In this document: positions 32,593 to 41,650 of the stretch, piece after piece
How positions within the stretch are numbered: the stretch's first letter is position 1
Layout: each line of letters starts with the position of its first letter
From: Candidatus Latescibacterota bacterium
Lineage (GTDB): Bacteria > Latescibacterota > UBA2968
Assembly: GCA_965198115.1 (NCBI GenBank)
Contig: OZ240241.1
Span: 6,016,001-6,080,000, forward strand
DNA length: 64,000 nt
Reading direction: 5' to 3'
Translations under genes and position numbers: made by a program
Notes under the pieces: generated by a model
The model's database searches: none
Seen by the model: only the letters and a program-made list of their open reading frames with translations
Told to the model about the DNA's origin: nothing

Positions 32593-33639
32593 TCAGTCTT
32601 TCCAGAGCCGGGATTCGAGGGCGACGCCCCGGGACATCTTCCGGTAGGATTTCCGATCGTAGCGCAGCTGTCGGTCGGTGACGCCCAGGTTGAAGAGGAT
32701 GTTGTAGATACTCTTGGACACCTTCGACGTGGGCTGCTCGAGGAGAAACGGTCGCATGTTCTCGCGGGCATCGACAACGCGCTCGTCGTATTCGATGTGA
32801 CCCAGATACTCCATCCGGACGCTCAGGTATTCCTGGACGAGGTAAACGAATCGCTCAGCGTCTTCGAGCTGACTCTTTTTTCGCACCTTGTTCATGATGA
32901 GTTTGGGCGAAAAGTGGTCGATCAGGTGCTGACCCTGTTCTCCGAATTCGGGACGGTGGTCGCCCAGTTTCTCGATCAGATGCCGGATTTTGGTCGCACG
33001 CTGTCCGCTGTTACCGAAGTTCAGGATGATCTCGCGAAGGATCGTATTTCGGCCGAAGTGTTGGAGCAGACGACGGTAGACGGCGTTTTTGACGAAGGCG
33101 TAAGCATCGATTTTGGCCTGGGGCTCCGGATTGCAGACGACGATGCCCTCGTTCGAGATGACGAAGAAATCGAGGGTGTTGAATGCTGTGCCGGCACCGA
33201 GATCGACGAGGATGAAGTCGGCGTCGAGGTTGTTGATGTGTCGCTTGAGTTTTTCTTTCCGCTGGTGGGGCAGGTTCGCGAGCCCGATCAGCTCGCTCCC
33301 GCCGCATATGACGCTGAGATTGCTGCTCGGCGTCGGAAGGATGACGTCTTCGAGGTTGGGAAGACGCCCGCTCAGAAAGTCGTTGAGGTTCCGTTTGGGG
33401 ACGGGCATCCCGAAGGAGAGATGCAGATCCGCCCCTCCCAGGTCGGCGTCGACCAGAATGACCTTGTAGCCGAGGATGGCCAGTCCGACACCGAGATTGG
33501 AAGTGAGGACGGTTTTGCCAGTACCTCCCTTGCCGCCCGCTACCGCCCAGGTCCGTTTCTCGAGGGTGAAGTTATCGAGAAGGATCGTGGCCTGATCTTG
33601 TGCCTTGTCACGGAGCATGGATGTTGGGGTTTGGTCCAC
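32593..33639 (-). CDS. MinD/ParA-family ATPase (FlhG/FleN-like)
   Basis: Deviant Walker A GGKGGTGKT, LVDADLGGADLH, DFILVDLGAG, PEPQAKIDAYAFVK. Confidence 0.9.
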   Translation of the reverse strand: MDQTPTSMLRDKAQDQATILLDNFTLEKRTWAVAGGKGGTGKTVLTSNLGVGLAILGYKVILVDADLGGADLHLSFGMPVPKRNLNDFLSGRLPNLEDVILPTPSSNLSVICGGSELIGLANLPHQRKEKLKRHINNLDADFILVDLGAGTAFNTLDFFVISNEGIVVCNPEPQAKIDAYAFVKNAVYRRLLQHFGRNTILREIILNFGNSGQRATKIRHLIEKLGDHRPEFGEQGQHLIDHFSPKLIMNKVRKKSQLEDAERFVYLVQEYLSVRMEYLGHIEYDERVVDARENMRPFLLEQPTSKVSKSIYNILFNLGVTDRQLRYDRKSYRKMSRGVALESRLWKD

Positions 33640-33687
33640 TCCAGGAGCGCAGGGAGGGGAGAGAGCCGGACGGGGTAAAACCGGTGT

Positions 33688-33716
33688 AACATAATGTAAT
33701 ATAGGAAGTTTGTCAA
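33688..33716 (-). promoter_or_regulatory. Putative sigma70 promoter for the ATPase/GT9 genes
   Basis: TTGACA, 17 bp, TATGTT on the minus strand. Confidence 0.55.
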
Positions 33717-33760
33717 TCCTTATCCCGGCGAACCAAGTGACTTACGAGCGGAGATTTCGC

Positions 33761-33789
33761 TTGCCTGCCCAAGGTTCGTGAAGTATAAT
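33761..33789 (+). promoter_or_regulatory. Putative sigma70 promoter for the Pro-rich protein gene
   Basis: TTGCCT, 17 bp, TATAAT. Confidence 0.7.
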
Positions 33790-33844
33790 CATGACGCTTT
33801 GTCACAGCCCTAACCTTTTGCAGATTCAGCAGATGGAGCGCATT

Positions 33845-34609
33845 ATGACTTCTTCCGACCATTCCTCCGGAAACCTCTACCAAGAGGTGCTCGAATTGGC
33901 CAAACGCGAGATCGACGAAGCCGTCGGGCAGATGGAGGACCTCAAACGCTCCATCCAACTGCTGGAAGCACGTGTGGAAGCAGCCAAGTCCATCTACGAG
34001 TCAGTTGCTGCCCGGCTGAATCTGGAGGACGAGGGCGCCTCGGGATATGCTTCGGCCTACGAGGAACCGCCCAAAGAGGTTCCGGAACCCCCCGCACCGG
34101 CCGAAGAAGCTCCACCACCCGTTGCCGCCCCTCCGCAGCCGGCCGCAGCGACACCGAGTGAGCCCGAGGCCGTGCCACCGGCAACAGCGCCTTCGCCGCC
34201 TGAACCTGCTCCAGCCGAACCGAGCCCTGTAGAGGTGGCAAACGAGGTGCCAACGGATGATCTGAGTCTGATTCGACAGCACCTGGCGCAGAAGCTGGAC
34301 GGAAATGGAGCCGGAAACGGCCCCGCGCCCGAGGCTACTCCAGCACCAGCACCCGCCCCGCCCTCCGTCCCTGCTGAGCCTCCCGCTTCGACCGACGACA
34401 AAGACGCATTCAGTATGGACCTGATTCGGCGACATCTGGCTGAAAAGGCGCAGACCGACGAGTCTACGGCCACACAGGCTCCGCCCCCACCGCCCGCGGA
34501 ACAACCTGATCCCGCGCCTGCGCCAGAGGCGGCCGAACCCTCGCAGGGCGGTCTGTCGGATGCGGATCGCGAACTGATCGGCGCCTATCTGCGGTCCAAA
34601 CAGAGCTAA
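33845..34609 (+). CDS. Hypothetical protein: N-terminal coiled coil + Pro/Ala/Glu-rich region with three short amphipathic motifs
   Basis: ATG 33845 with GGAG RBS downstream of the promoter; heptad region LYQEVLELAKRE...ARLNL; motifs LSLIRQHLAQK, MDLIRRHLAEK, ELIGAYLRSK. Confidence 0.75.
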   Translation: MTSSDHSSGNLYQEVLELAKREIDEAVGQMEDLKRSIQLLEARVEAAKSIYESVAARLNLEDEGASGYASAYEEPPKEVPEPPAPAEEAPPPVAAPPQPAAATPSEPEAVPPATAPSPPEPAPAEPSPVEVANEVPTDDLSLIRQHLAQKLDGNGAGNGPAPEATPAPAPAPPSVPAEPPASTDDKDAFSMDLIRRHLAEKAQTDESTATQAPPPPPAEQPDPAPAPEAAEPSQGGLSDADRELIGAYLRSKQS

Positions 34610-34740
34610 AGCCTCCCCCAGATTGGGTCCCTACTCCCTCACGAGCGCCGGGTTGTTTCCGTGTGCAGAGGCTGCTGCGTTGTCGCTTTTCTACGTCCAC
34701 ATCGATGTGGTGACTCCGTCCAGTCGGTCGGAGTTTTTTA

Positions 34741-36186
34741 ATGAGTACACTCGAAGCTGATCGCATCAAGCAGATGACACTCGAAGAGCGTTGTCTCTAC
34801 ATCGACAGTCTGACACCCGAGGGGGGCCTCTACACCGATGCCCAACGTCCGGTCCACCCGGACGCGAACAGCAGCTGGCAGGTGGGACCGGAAGCGTGGA
34901 TGCTGCCGGCGACCGTCGTCGATCACCTTCAGACCCTCGGCGATCACCTGCTGAAGTTCTATCGGGCGCTGAACCTGCTCTACCATCAAAGCTGGCGGGG
35001 CACTCAGCCGACCTGGGTTGCCGAGTATCTGGATCAGGGAAAGCCCGAATCGGTGGTCTCTCTTGGTCGGATGAACCGATTCAGGCAGCACCTACCCGGG
35101 GTGATACGTCCGGATCTGATTCCCACCCGGCAAGGGATGATCGCGACGGAACTGGATTCTCTGCCCGGCGGGATCGGCTTTACAGGGTCTTTGGGCCAGC
35201 GCTACGCCACCCTGGGCGACACGATCCTGGGCGGATCCGACGGGATGATTTCCGGGTTTTCCGATATGCTGCACGACGTGGCCGGGATCGACCGGCCAGT
35301 GGTCGCCGTGGTCGTATCGGAAGAATCCTCAGCGTGGCGACCGGAAATGGCGTGGATGGCGGACCAGCTTCGTGCCCGCGGTCTGGATATTCGTGTGATG
35401 GGCCCCGAGGACGTGATTTTCACGGAGGAGGGTCTGTTCAACGATTTCGAGGGATCACGCGAGAAGATCGACGTGATCTATCGGTTCTTCGAGTTGTTCG
35501 ACCTGAAGAACATTCCGAAGATGGACCTGATTCTGTATGCGGCGAAGAAGAACCAGGTGAAGATCACGCCGCCGTTGAAGAGCTATCTCGAAGAGAAAAT
35601 GACGATGGGCCTCCTCAGGCACGCCGAGCTGCAAGACTTTTGGCACCAACACCTGGGCGAAGCTTCGATCGCATTCCTGGACGCGACCTTTCCTCAAACC
35701 TGGGTCCTCGATCCCACTCCCCCACCCCCCTACGCCGTGATCCCCGGTCTTACGTTCGGCGATCGGCAGCTCTCGGATTGGCGTCAGTTGGCGACCCTCG
35801 GACAGAAGGACCGGCAGCTGGTGATCAAGCCGTCAGGATTTTCAGAGCAGGCCTGGGGAAGCCGGGGTGTTTCGATCGGGCACGATATGTCGGAGAGCGA
35901 CTGGACGAAGGTCATCGAAGAGACGCTTGCCGCCTTCGAGAAAACCCCACACATTCTACAGCGGTTCCACAATGGGGCGACTTTTCCGGTCGAGTACTAC
36001 GATTTTGAAACGGCGACGATGAAAGGGTTCCGGGGGCGTGTCCGTCTCCAGCCCTACTACTTCGTCGTGGGAGACGAGGCCCGGCTCTCGGGTGTTCAAG
36101 CGACGGTGTGTCCGCCGGACAAGAAGCTTCTTCACGGGATGGTGGACGCGGTGGTTTTGCCCTGTTCAGTGACCATTGACAAGTGA
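34741..36186 (+). CDS. ATP-grasp-fold amide ligase, glutathionylspermidine-synthase-like, substrate unknown
   Basis: VIRPDL...TELDSLPGGIG, IYRFFELFD, EEKM, LVIKPSGFSEQAWGSRGV, ILQRF. Confidence 0.7.
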   Translation: MSTLEADRIKQMTLEERCLYIDSLTPEGGLYTDAQRPVHPDANSSWQVGPEAWMLPATVVDHLQTLGDHLLKFYRALNLLYHQSWRGTQPTWVAEYLDQGKPESVVSLGRMNRFRQHLPGVIRPDLIPTRQGMIATELDSLPGGIGFTGSLGQRYATLGDTILGGSDGMISGFSDMLHDVAGIDRPVVAVVVSEESSAWRPEMAWMADQLRARGLDIRVMGPEDVIFTEEGLFNDFEGSREKIDVIYRFFELFDLKNIPKMDLILYAAKKNQVKITPPLKSYLEEKMTMGLLRHAELQDFWHQHLGEASIAFLDATFPQTWVLDPTPPPPYAVIPGLTFGDRQLSDWRQLATLGQKDRQLVIKPSGFSEQAWGSRGVSIGHDMSESDWTKVIEETLAAFEKTPHILQRFHNGATFPVEYYDFETATMKGFRGRVRLQPYYFVVGDEARLSGVQATVCPPDKKLLHGMVDAVVLPCSVTIDK

Positions 36187-36204
36187 CCCGTGACCATTGA
36201 CCAG
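36168..36204. repeat. 7-bp tandem repeat (TGACCAT/TGACAAG/TGACCCG) spanning the ATP-grasp stop
   Basis: Five degenerate units; reverse-complement-type array at 52404-52440. Confidence 0.7.
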
Positions 36205-36206
36205 AG

Positions 36207-37049
36207 ATGGCTTTGACTAAATCGACCGAAAAGAAACTCGACGCACTTCTCGAGCGGTTGGATGCGATGCGGAGCGTGCTGATCGCTTTCTCCGGTGGTG
36301 TGGACAGCACGTTTCTGGCGGCGGCCGCTCACCGTGTGCTGAAAGATCGTGCGCTGGCAGTGACGGCGGTGTCGGCGAGCTATCCCGACGGCGAGATCGA
36401 GAAGGCCCGAGAGGTGGCCGAGCAGATCGGCATCGGTCTAGAGCTGGTCTACACCGACGAGCTCGACAATCCCGACTACGTCAAGAACGCGCCCGATCGC
36501 TGTTTCCATTGCAAGTCGGCGCTGGCCGATAAGATGGAGGAGCTGGCCGGTCAGTACGCTGGGCGATTCGAGCATCTATTGTACGGGGCCATTTCCGACG
36601 ACGTGGGTGATTACCGACCCGGGATGAAGGCGGCATCGGACCGTGGGATCGAGGCGCCACTGATCGAGACGGGATTTACGAAGGAAGATGTGAGAGCCGT
36701 CTCCAGGGCGTGGAATCTTCCGACGTGGAACGATCCGGCCTCGGCCTGTCTGTCCTCGCGAATCCCCTACGGCACGGAGGTGACGCCGGAGGCGTTGTCG
36801 ATGATCGATCGTGCCGAGCAGGTGCTGAAGTCGGCCGGTTTCCGGCAGGTTCGAGTACGTCATCACAACGAGATCGCGCGTATCGAGCTGCCGCCGGACG
36901 ATCTCGTCCGGGTGATTGCCGACGGGCTGAATCAGTCGATCAGCCGGTCTCTCAAGGAGATCGGCTACAAGTACGTCACACTCGATCTGGAGGGGTATCG
37001 AACGGGTAGCCTGAACGAAGTGCTCGTCGACATTCAGGGCGCCGATTGA
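36207..37049 (+). CDS. larE: ATP-dependent sulfur transferase LarE
   Basis: AFSGGVDS PP-loop, DRCFHCK, DYRPG, ASACLSSRIPYG, VRVRHH, TLDLEGYRTGSLN. Confidence 0.92.
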   Translation: MALTKSTEKKLDALLERLDAMRSVLIAFSGGVDSTFLAAAAHRVLKDRALAVTAVSASYPDGEIEKAREVAEQIGIGLELVYTDELDNPDYVKNAPDRCFHCKSALADKMEELAGQYAGRFEHLLYGAISDDVGDYRPGMKAASDRGIEAPLIETGFTKEDVRAVSRAWNLPTWNDPASACLSSRIPYGTEVTPEALSMIDRAEQVLKSAGFRQVRVRHHNEIARIELPPDDLVRVIADGLNQSISRSLKEIGYKYVTLDLEGYRTGSLNEVLVDIQGAD

Positions 37050-37612
37050 TGCAATTCCTGGAGATCAAGAAGTTCGGGTGCCCGACGCTCAAGCAACCCG
37101 CGTCGGAGATCGAGACGATCGATGATGACGTAGAAACCTTGGTGGACCGGATGTTCGCGACGATGTATGCCGCCGAAGGCATTGGTCTGGCCGCACCCCA
37201 GGTAGGTGTCTCACAACGCGTCGTCGTACTGGATGTGCGCCCGAGCGACCCGACCCGCGAGGCGATGGCCCTGATCAATCCGACGATCGTCGAGGCATCG
37301 GGCGAAATCGTGGGTGAGGAGGGATGTCTGAGCATTCCCGGTGTTGCCGGTGACGTGAAGCGGGCGTCGGATATTCGAGTGGAGGCGACCGACCCCGACG
37401 GGTCGCCGATGGTGGTGACCGCCACCGGGATCGAAGCTCGGGTCCTGCAGCACGAAATCGATCACCTGGATGGCGTTCTGGTCGTAGAACGGTTCAGCGC
37501 GATCCGCTGCAACTTGCTCCGAAGTCAGCTGCGGAAGATTCGGAAAGAGGGAAACCACCAGGAAACAGGGCCCGTCGAGGTGGAGGCGGTGGTCTCGGAG
37601 TCCTCGCCTTGA
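37049..37612 (+). CDS. def: Peptide deformylase
   Basis: GIGLAAPQVG, EGCLSIPG, QHEIDHLDG. Confidence 0.97.
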   Translation: MQFLEIKKFGCPTLKQPASEIETIDDDVETLVDRMFATMYAAEGIGLAAPQVGVSQRVVVLDVRPSDPTREAMALINPTIVEASGEIVGEEGCLSIPGVAGDVKRASDIRVEATDPDGSPMVVTATGIEARVLQHEIDHLDGVLVVERFSAIRCNLLRSQLRKIRKEGNHQETGPVEVEAVVSESSP

Positions 37613-38445
37613 CCGAGGAGTTCGTCGATCTGCACTTGCACTCGACCCGGTCGGATGGCTCTTCGACGCCAACGGAGGTGGTCGAGCGCGCGGCCGGTCT
37701 GGGTCTGGGCGTGATCAGCCTGACGGACCACGACTCGGTGGAAGGTGTCGATGAGGCGCAGTCGGTCGGTCGCCAGCTGGGTGTGGAGGTCGTGGCCGGG
37801 GCAGAGTTGAGCGCCCACCTGGACAATCGCGACGTGCACATCCTCGCCTATTTCGTCGATCCCCTCCACGAGCCGCTCCAGGCCTGTCTGCAGATGTATC
37901 GCGGCGAACGACAGAACAGGGCTGGCAGAATCGTAAAAAAGCTCAACAGTATGGGGATCCGGATCACGTTCGAGCAGGTGGTGGCCAAGGCCGAAGGCGG
38001 CGCCATCGGACGGCCTCACGTGGCCGACGTGCTCGTCGAGGAAGGATTCTGCTTCTCGCCGAACGAGGCCTTCAACAAATACCTGGGCTATGGGAAGCCG
38101 GCCTACGAGAGCAAGTATGTGATGTCGCCGAGCGAGGCAGTCGATGTCATCCACGAGGCCGGAGGTATCGCCGTGATCGCGCACCCCGCGTTGTATGGCG
38201 ACGACGACCTTCTGCCCGCGCTCGTGGCTGAAGGAATCGACGGGATCGAGGTCTGGCATATCAGACACAACGCCGGCCACATCGACCGCTATTCGGCCTT
38301 TGCCCAGGAGAATGGACTGCTGGTTTCGGGCGGGTCGGATTGTCACGGCGACGGACGTGGGGAGGCTGTGATGGGCAAGGTCACCGTCGCCCGATCGGTG
38401 TATGACAACCTCGAGCGGGGCTGGCGATCTCGCGTGTCGGCCTGA
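37609..38445 (+). CDS. PHP-domain phosphoesterase (TrpH/YciV-like)
   Basis: DLHLHSTRSDG, TDHD, HILAY, GRPHVA, AHP, GGSDCHG. Confidence 0.92.
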   Translation: MTEEFVDLHLHSTRSDGSSTPTEVVERAAGLGLGVISLTDHDSVEGVDEAQSVGRQLGVEVVAGAELSAHLDNRDVHILAYFVDPLHEPLQACLQMYRGERQNRAGRIVKKLNSMGIRITFEQVVAKAEGGAIGRPHVADVLVEEGFCFSPNEAFNKYLGYGKPAYESKYVMSPSEAVDVIHEAGGIAVIAHPALYGDDDLLPALVAEGIDGIEVWHIRHNAGHIDRYSAFAQENGLLVSGGSDCHGDGRGEAVMGKVTVARSVYDNLERGWRSRVSA

Positions 38446-38509
38446 CGGATCTTCGACTCTCGTGTGAATCGAGCCGAGCGAAATCGCTCGGCTTCTTCTA
38501 TTTTTAGGT

Positions 38510-39514
38510 ATGTCCGAAAACCGTCCATCCGACCGGCCCGTCCTGCTTTCCGAGGGTCGCGCAGACCAGTACTTTCTGAACACCCGTGATATCTTGCGCT
38601 GCGAGGGGCTCGACCCCACGGCAACGATGGAGGTATTTTCGAACGGGGCAGGTGTTCTTTGCGGTGTGGACGAGGTGGTTGACCACCTCCGGTCCTCTCC
38701 CGCGTCGAGTCACCTGACGATCGAGGCTGCCGAAGAGGGCGCCAAAATATTGTCGAAGGAGGTCGTTCTTCGACTCGAAGGGCCCTATTCATCTTTTGGC
38801 GTTTTCGAAACCGCCCTGCTGGGTACACTCTCCCACGGAACCGGATGGGCGACGGGTGCCGCACAGTGCGTGGAAGCAGCGGGGGACATTCCCGTCATCA
38901 GCTTCGGGGCACGGCACGTCCATCCAGCTGTGTCGGATCGAATGGAATACGCTGCGATGGTCGGGGGCTGCGTGGGCTGTGCAACACCCGACGGTGCGGC
39001 TCTGGCCGGAAAATCGGCTTCAGGGACGATGCCCCACGCGATGATCCTCGTGTTCGGAGATACGGTCCGGGCGGCCGAAGCGTTCGACCGGCGGATGCCC
39101 GAAACGACCCATCGTATCGTCCTCGTGGATACGTTCCGAGACGAAGTCGAGGAGAGCGTGCGTGTCGCAGATACACTCGGAGGCCGTCTATGGGGGGTTC
39201 GGCTCGACACGTCTTCGGAGATGGGGGGTGTGACGGTCGATCTGGTTTGCCGGACTCGTGAGGCCTTGGACGCGGGTGGACACGACGGAGTCAAAATTCT
39301 GGTGAGTGGTGGGTTCGACTCGAAGAAGATTGACGAATTCGTGGCCGCGGCCTGTCCGGTCGACGGATTCGGCGTCGGCAGCGCCATCAGTGGGGCGCGC
39401 CCGATCGATTTTACGGCAGATCTGAAGGAGATTGACGGGCGTGCCGTGGCCAAACGGGGGCGTAGACCCGGGCGGTCGAAGGCCACACGACTGCGTCCCG
39501 TTCACTCAGGTTGA
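38510..39514 (+). CDS. pncB: Nicotinate phosphoribosyltransferase (short type)
   Basis: ADQYF, SFGARHVHP, GTMPHA, LVDTF, VRLDT, KILVSGG, FGVGS, AKRG. Confidence 0.88.
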   Translation: MSENRPSDRPVLLSEGRADQYFLNTRDILRCEGLDPTATMEVFSNGAGVLCGVDEVVDHLRSSPASSHLTIEAAEEGAKILSKEVVLRLEGPYSSFGVFETALLGTLSHGTGWATGAAQCVEAAGDIPVISFGARHVHPAVSDRMEYAAMVGGCVGCATPDGAALAGKSASGTMPHAMILVFGDTVRAAEAFDRRMPETTHRIVLVDTFRDEVEESVRVADTLGGRLWGVRLDTSSEMGGVTVDLVCRTREALDAGGHDGVKILVSGGFDSKKIDEFVAAACPVDGFGVGSAISGARPIDFTADLKEIDGRAVAKRGRRPGRSKATRLRPVHSG

Positions 39515-39534
39515 AGGGCGACATCGGAGAGTCT

Positions 39535-39783
39535 ATGCAGATCAAGGTTCTGTATTTCGCGACTTGTGCGGATATCGTAGGGAACAGAGAGCAGACGATC
39601 GACCTCCCCCCGGGGTCCGTACTGGACGATCTTATCCAGGCGGTCATCAGCGAGCACCCTCGCCTTGCTCCCGTTCGCCAGAGCGCGATGATTTCGCTTA
39701 ACCAGGAGTATGCGAACGGCGATGCCGCGCTGTCGGATGGGGATGAAGTGGCCCTGATTCCGCCCGTGAGTGGAGGCGAATAG
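39535..39783 (+). CDS. moaD: MoaD/ThiS-family sulfur carrier ending in GG-E
   Basis: MQIKVLYFA...LSDGDEVALIPPVSGGE*; GGAG RBS. Confidence 0.92.
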   Translation: MQIKVLYFATCADIVGNREQTIDLPPGSVLDDLIQAVISEHPRLAPVRQSAMISLNQEYANGDAALSDGDEVALIPPVSGGE

Positions 39784-39822
39784 AGCGGGAGCACGGTTAC
39801 CGTGCTCCGAATGGAGAGAAGT

Positions 39823-40281
39823 ATGGGCAAGGACATTTACGAACTCGTCGATGCTCCCATCAAGCCGGACGCACTCCACGATCTGGTTCTGAGTCACCAC
39901 GACGGGGCCATTACGACCTTTGCGGGGGTCGTTCGGGACAACACGAAAGGGCGGGCGACGCATCATCTCGTTTACGATGCCTATAAGGAGATGGCTGAGA
40001 AAAAGATGCGCGAGATCGGCGACGAGTTGAAAGAACAATGGGAAATCGACTGTGTGGGGATGCTCCACGGAACCGGTCGTATGGAAATCGGGGACATCAG
40101 CGTGCTGATAGCCATCTCGTCCGCCCACCGGAGGGCGTCGCTGGAAGCCTGTCACTACGCCATCGATCGGTTGAAGGAGACCGTCCCTATTTGGAAGAAG
40201 GAAGTCTGGGAGGACGGTGAAGCGTGGATCGAGGGGGACCCCTCGTCACCTCCGCCAGCTTCGATGGAGGATGGGGCGTGA
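39823..40281 (+). CDS. moaE: Molybdopterin synthase catalytic subunit
   Basis: GAITTFAGVVR, YDAYKEMA, SSAHRRA, IDRLKETVPIWKKE. Confidence 0.94.
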   Translation: MGKDIYELVDAPIKPDALHDLVLSHHDGAITTFAGVVRDNTKGRATHHLVYDAYKEMAEKKMREIGDELKEQWEIDCVGMLHGTGRMEIGDISVLIAISSAHRRASLEACHYAIDRLKETVPIWKKEVWEDGEAWIEGDPSSPPPASMEDGA

Positions 40282-40769
40282 ACACCTCGGACACCGTTCA
40301 CCCGCCGGGTTTCAGTTGGGTGATCGACGGGGAACTCGCAGGAATGGCTCATCCGGAGGGGTCGTGGACGCCCCTGGCGGAGGTGCTGGAGGCTCTGTCC
40401 GCGATCGGCATCGGTGGGATCGTGTCATTGTCGGAACGGCCGCTCGAGGCGAAAACCGTCTCAGAAGGCGGGTTCGTGTATCTACACGCACCTATTCCTG
40501 ATTTCGGTGTCCCCCGTCTTGATACGATCGAGACGGTGAATGCTTTTGTCGATCGCTCCAGAGAGGCCGAACGGGGTGTGGTCATACACTGCGGAGCAGG
40601 CCTGGGTAGAACCGGAACGATTCTGGCGTGCTACCTGGCCCATAGAGGCTCGAGTGCACAAGAGGCTATCGAGCACGTTCGGAGTCTACGTCCCGGTTCA
40701 ATCGAGACGCCTGATCAGGAGAATGTGGTTATGCGATTCGAGGCCCAACGGCGGAGTTCGTTGAATTGA
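40278..40769 (+). CDS. Dual-specificity protein phosphatase
   Basis: PIPDF general-acid loop, HCGAGLGRTG P-loop, RPGSIETPDQ; GTGA overlap with moaE. Confidence 0.92.
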   Translation: MNTSDTVHPPGFSWVIDGELAGMAHPEGSWTPLAEVLEALSAIGIGGIVSLSERPLEAKTVSEGGFVYLHAPIPDFGVPRLDTIETVNAFVDRSREAERGVVIHCGAGLGRTGTILACYLAHRGSSAQEAIEHVRSLRPGSIETPDQENVVMRFEAQRRSSLN

Positions 40770-41644
40770 TCGGGTTGACGGTCGTTTGCCAGCTGACGCT
40801 GGCGAAAGCGACCCCCCTGTTGCTGGCCGCCCTGGGCGGGCTCTTTTCGGAGCGGTCCGGGGTCGTGAACATCGCGCTCGAGGGGATGATGCTAGTGGGC
40901 GCCTTTTTCGGGATTGTCGGGAGCATCTACTTCGATTCCGCCTGGCTCGGATTGGTGTCGGGAGCCTTGGCGGGAGCATCGCTCGCCTTCGTGCACGCAG
41001 CTGCGACGGTCTGGTTACGCGCCGACCAGATCGTGAGTGGGACTGCGGTGAATCTTTTCGCGATCGGTCTGACGGGATATTTGCTCTTCGTGGTGTTCGG
41101 GGCACACGGGAGCAGCCCGCTGGCTCCGAAGCTGCCGATTGTTGGAAGTGGCGTGCTCCGCGCATCTCCCCTCACCTACCTCGGTCTTTTCCTCGTCGTT
41201 GTCACCTGGGCCGTCATTTACCGAAGCCGCTGGGGTCTACGCGTCAGAGCCGTCGGGGAATCTCCTGCGACGGTGAGGGCTTCGGGTCTATCCGTCGAGC
41301 GGCTTCGGTTCGTAGCCGTCGTCGTGAGCGGTGTCCTGGCCGGCTTGGGTGGCGCCCACCTTTCTCTAGGCGATTTGAGTCAGTTTGTGGAAAGGATGAC
41401 GGCTGGTCGTGGCTTCATCGCGCTGGCGGCCCTCATTTTTGGGCGGTGGCATCCTTTTGGGGTGCTGGGCGCCTGCCTGTTTTTCGGCGTCGCAGAGGCG
41501 GTCGCGGACACTTTGCAGGGATGGACGGCGGTGGTTCCGTCCCAGGTTTTCCTGGCCTTGCCTTTCGTACTGACGATGGTGGTCCTGGCCGGGTTTATGG
41601 GACGAACACGGCCTCCGGCAGCGTTGGGGATGTCGGAGGAATAG
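40766..41644 (+). CDS. ABC transporter permease (nucleoside/sugar family)
   Basis: ATPLLLAALGGLFSERSGVVNIALEGMML, MTAGRGFIALAALIFGRWHP, PPAALG. Confidence 0.92.
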   Translation: MIGLTVVCQLTLAKATPLLLAALGGLFSERSGVVNIALEGMMLVGAFFGIVGSIYFDSAWLGLVSGALAGASLAFVHAAATVWLRADQIVSGTAVNLFAIGLTGYLLFVVFGAHGSSPLAPKLPIVGSGVLRASPLTYLGLFLVVVTWAVIYRSRWGLRVRAVGESPATVRASGLSVERLRFVAVVVSGVLAGLGGAHLSLGDLSQFVERMTAGRGFIALAALIFGRWHPFGVLGACLFFGVAEAVADTLQGWTAVVPSQVFLALPFVLTMVVLAGFMGRTRPPAALGMSEE

Positions 41645-41650
41645 TTCTGG

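Noticed and set aside
14356-33678. Long + strand ORFs (e.g. 14356-15831, 23434-24603, 25090-26577, 32554-33678)
   Set aside because: Antisense shadows of well-supported minus-strand genes in GC-rich DNA; no recognisable motifs
40066-40071. MoaE His-Gly in place of the conserved His-Arg as functional divergence
   Set aside because: One base change (CGA to GGA) explains it in an error-prone assembly; not supportable without reads
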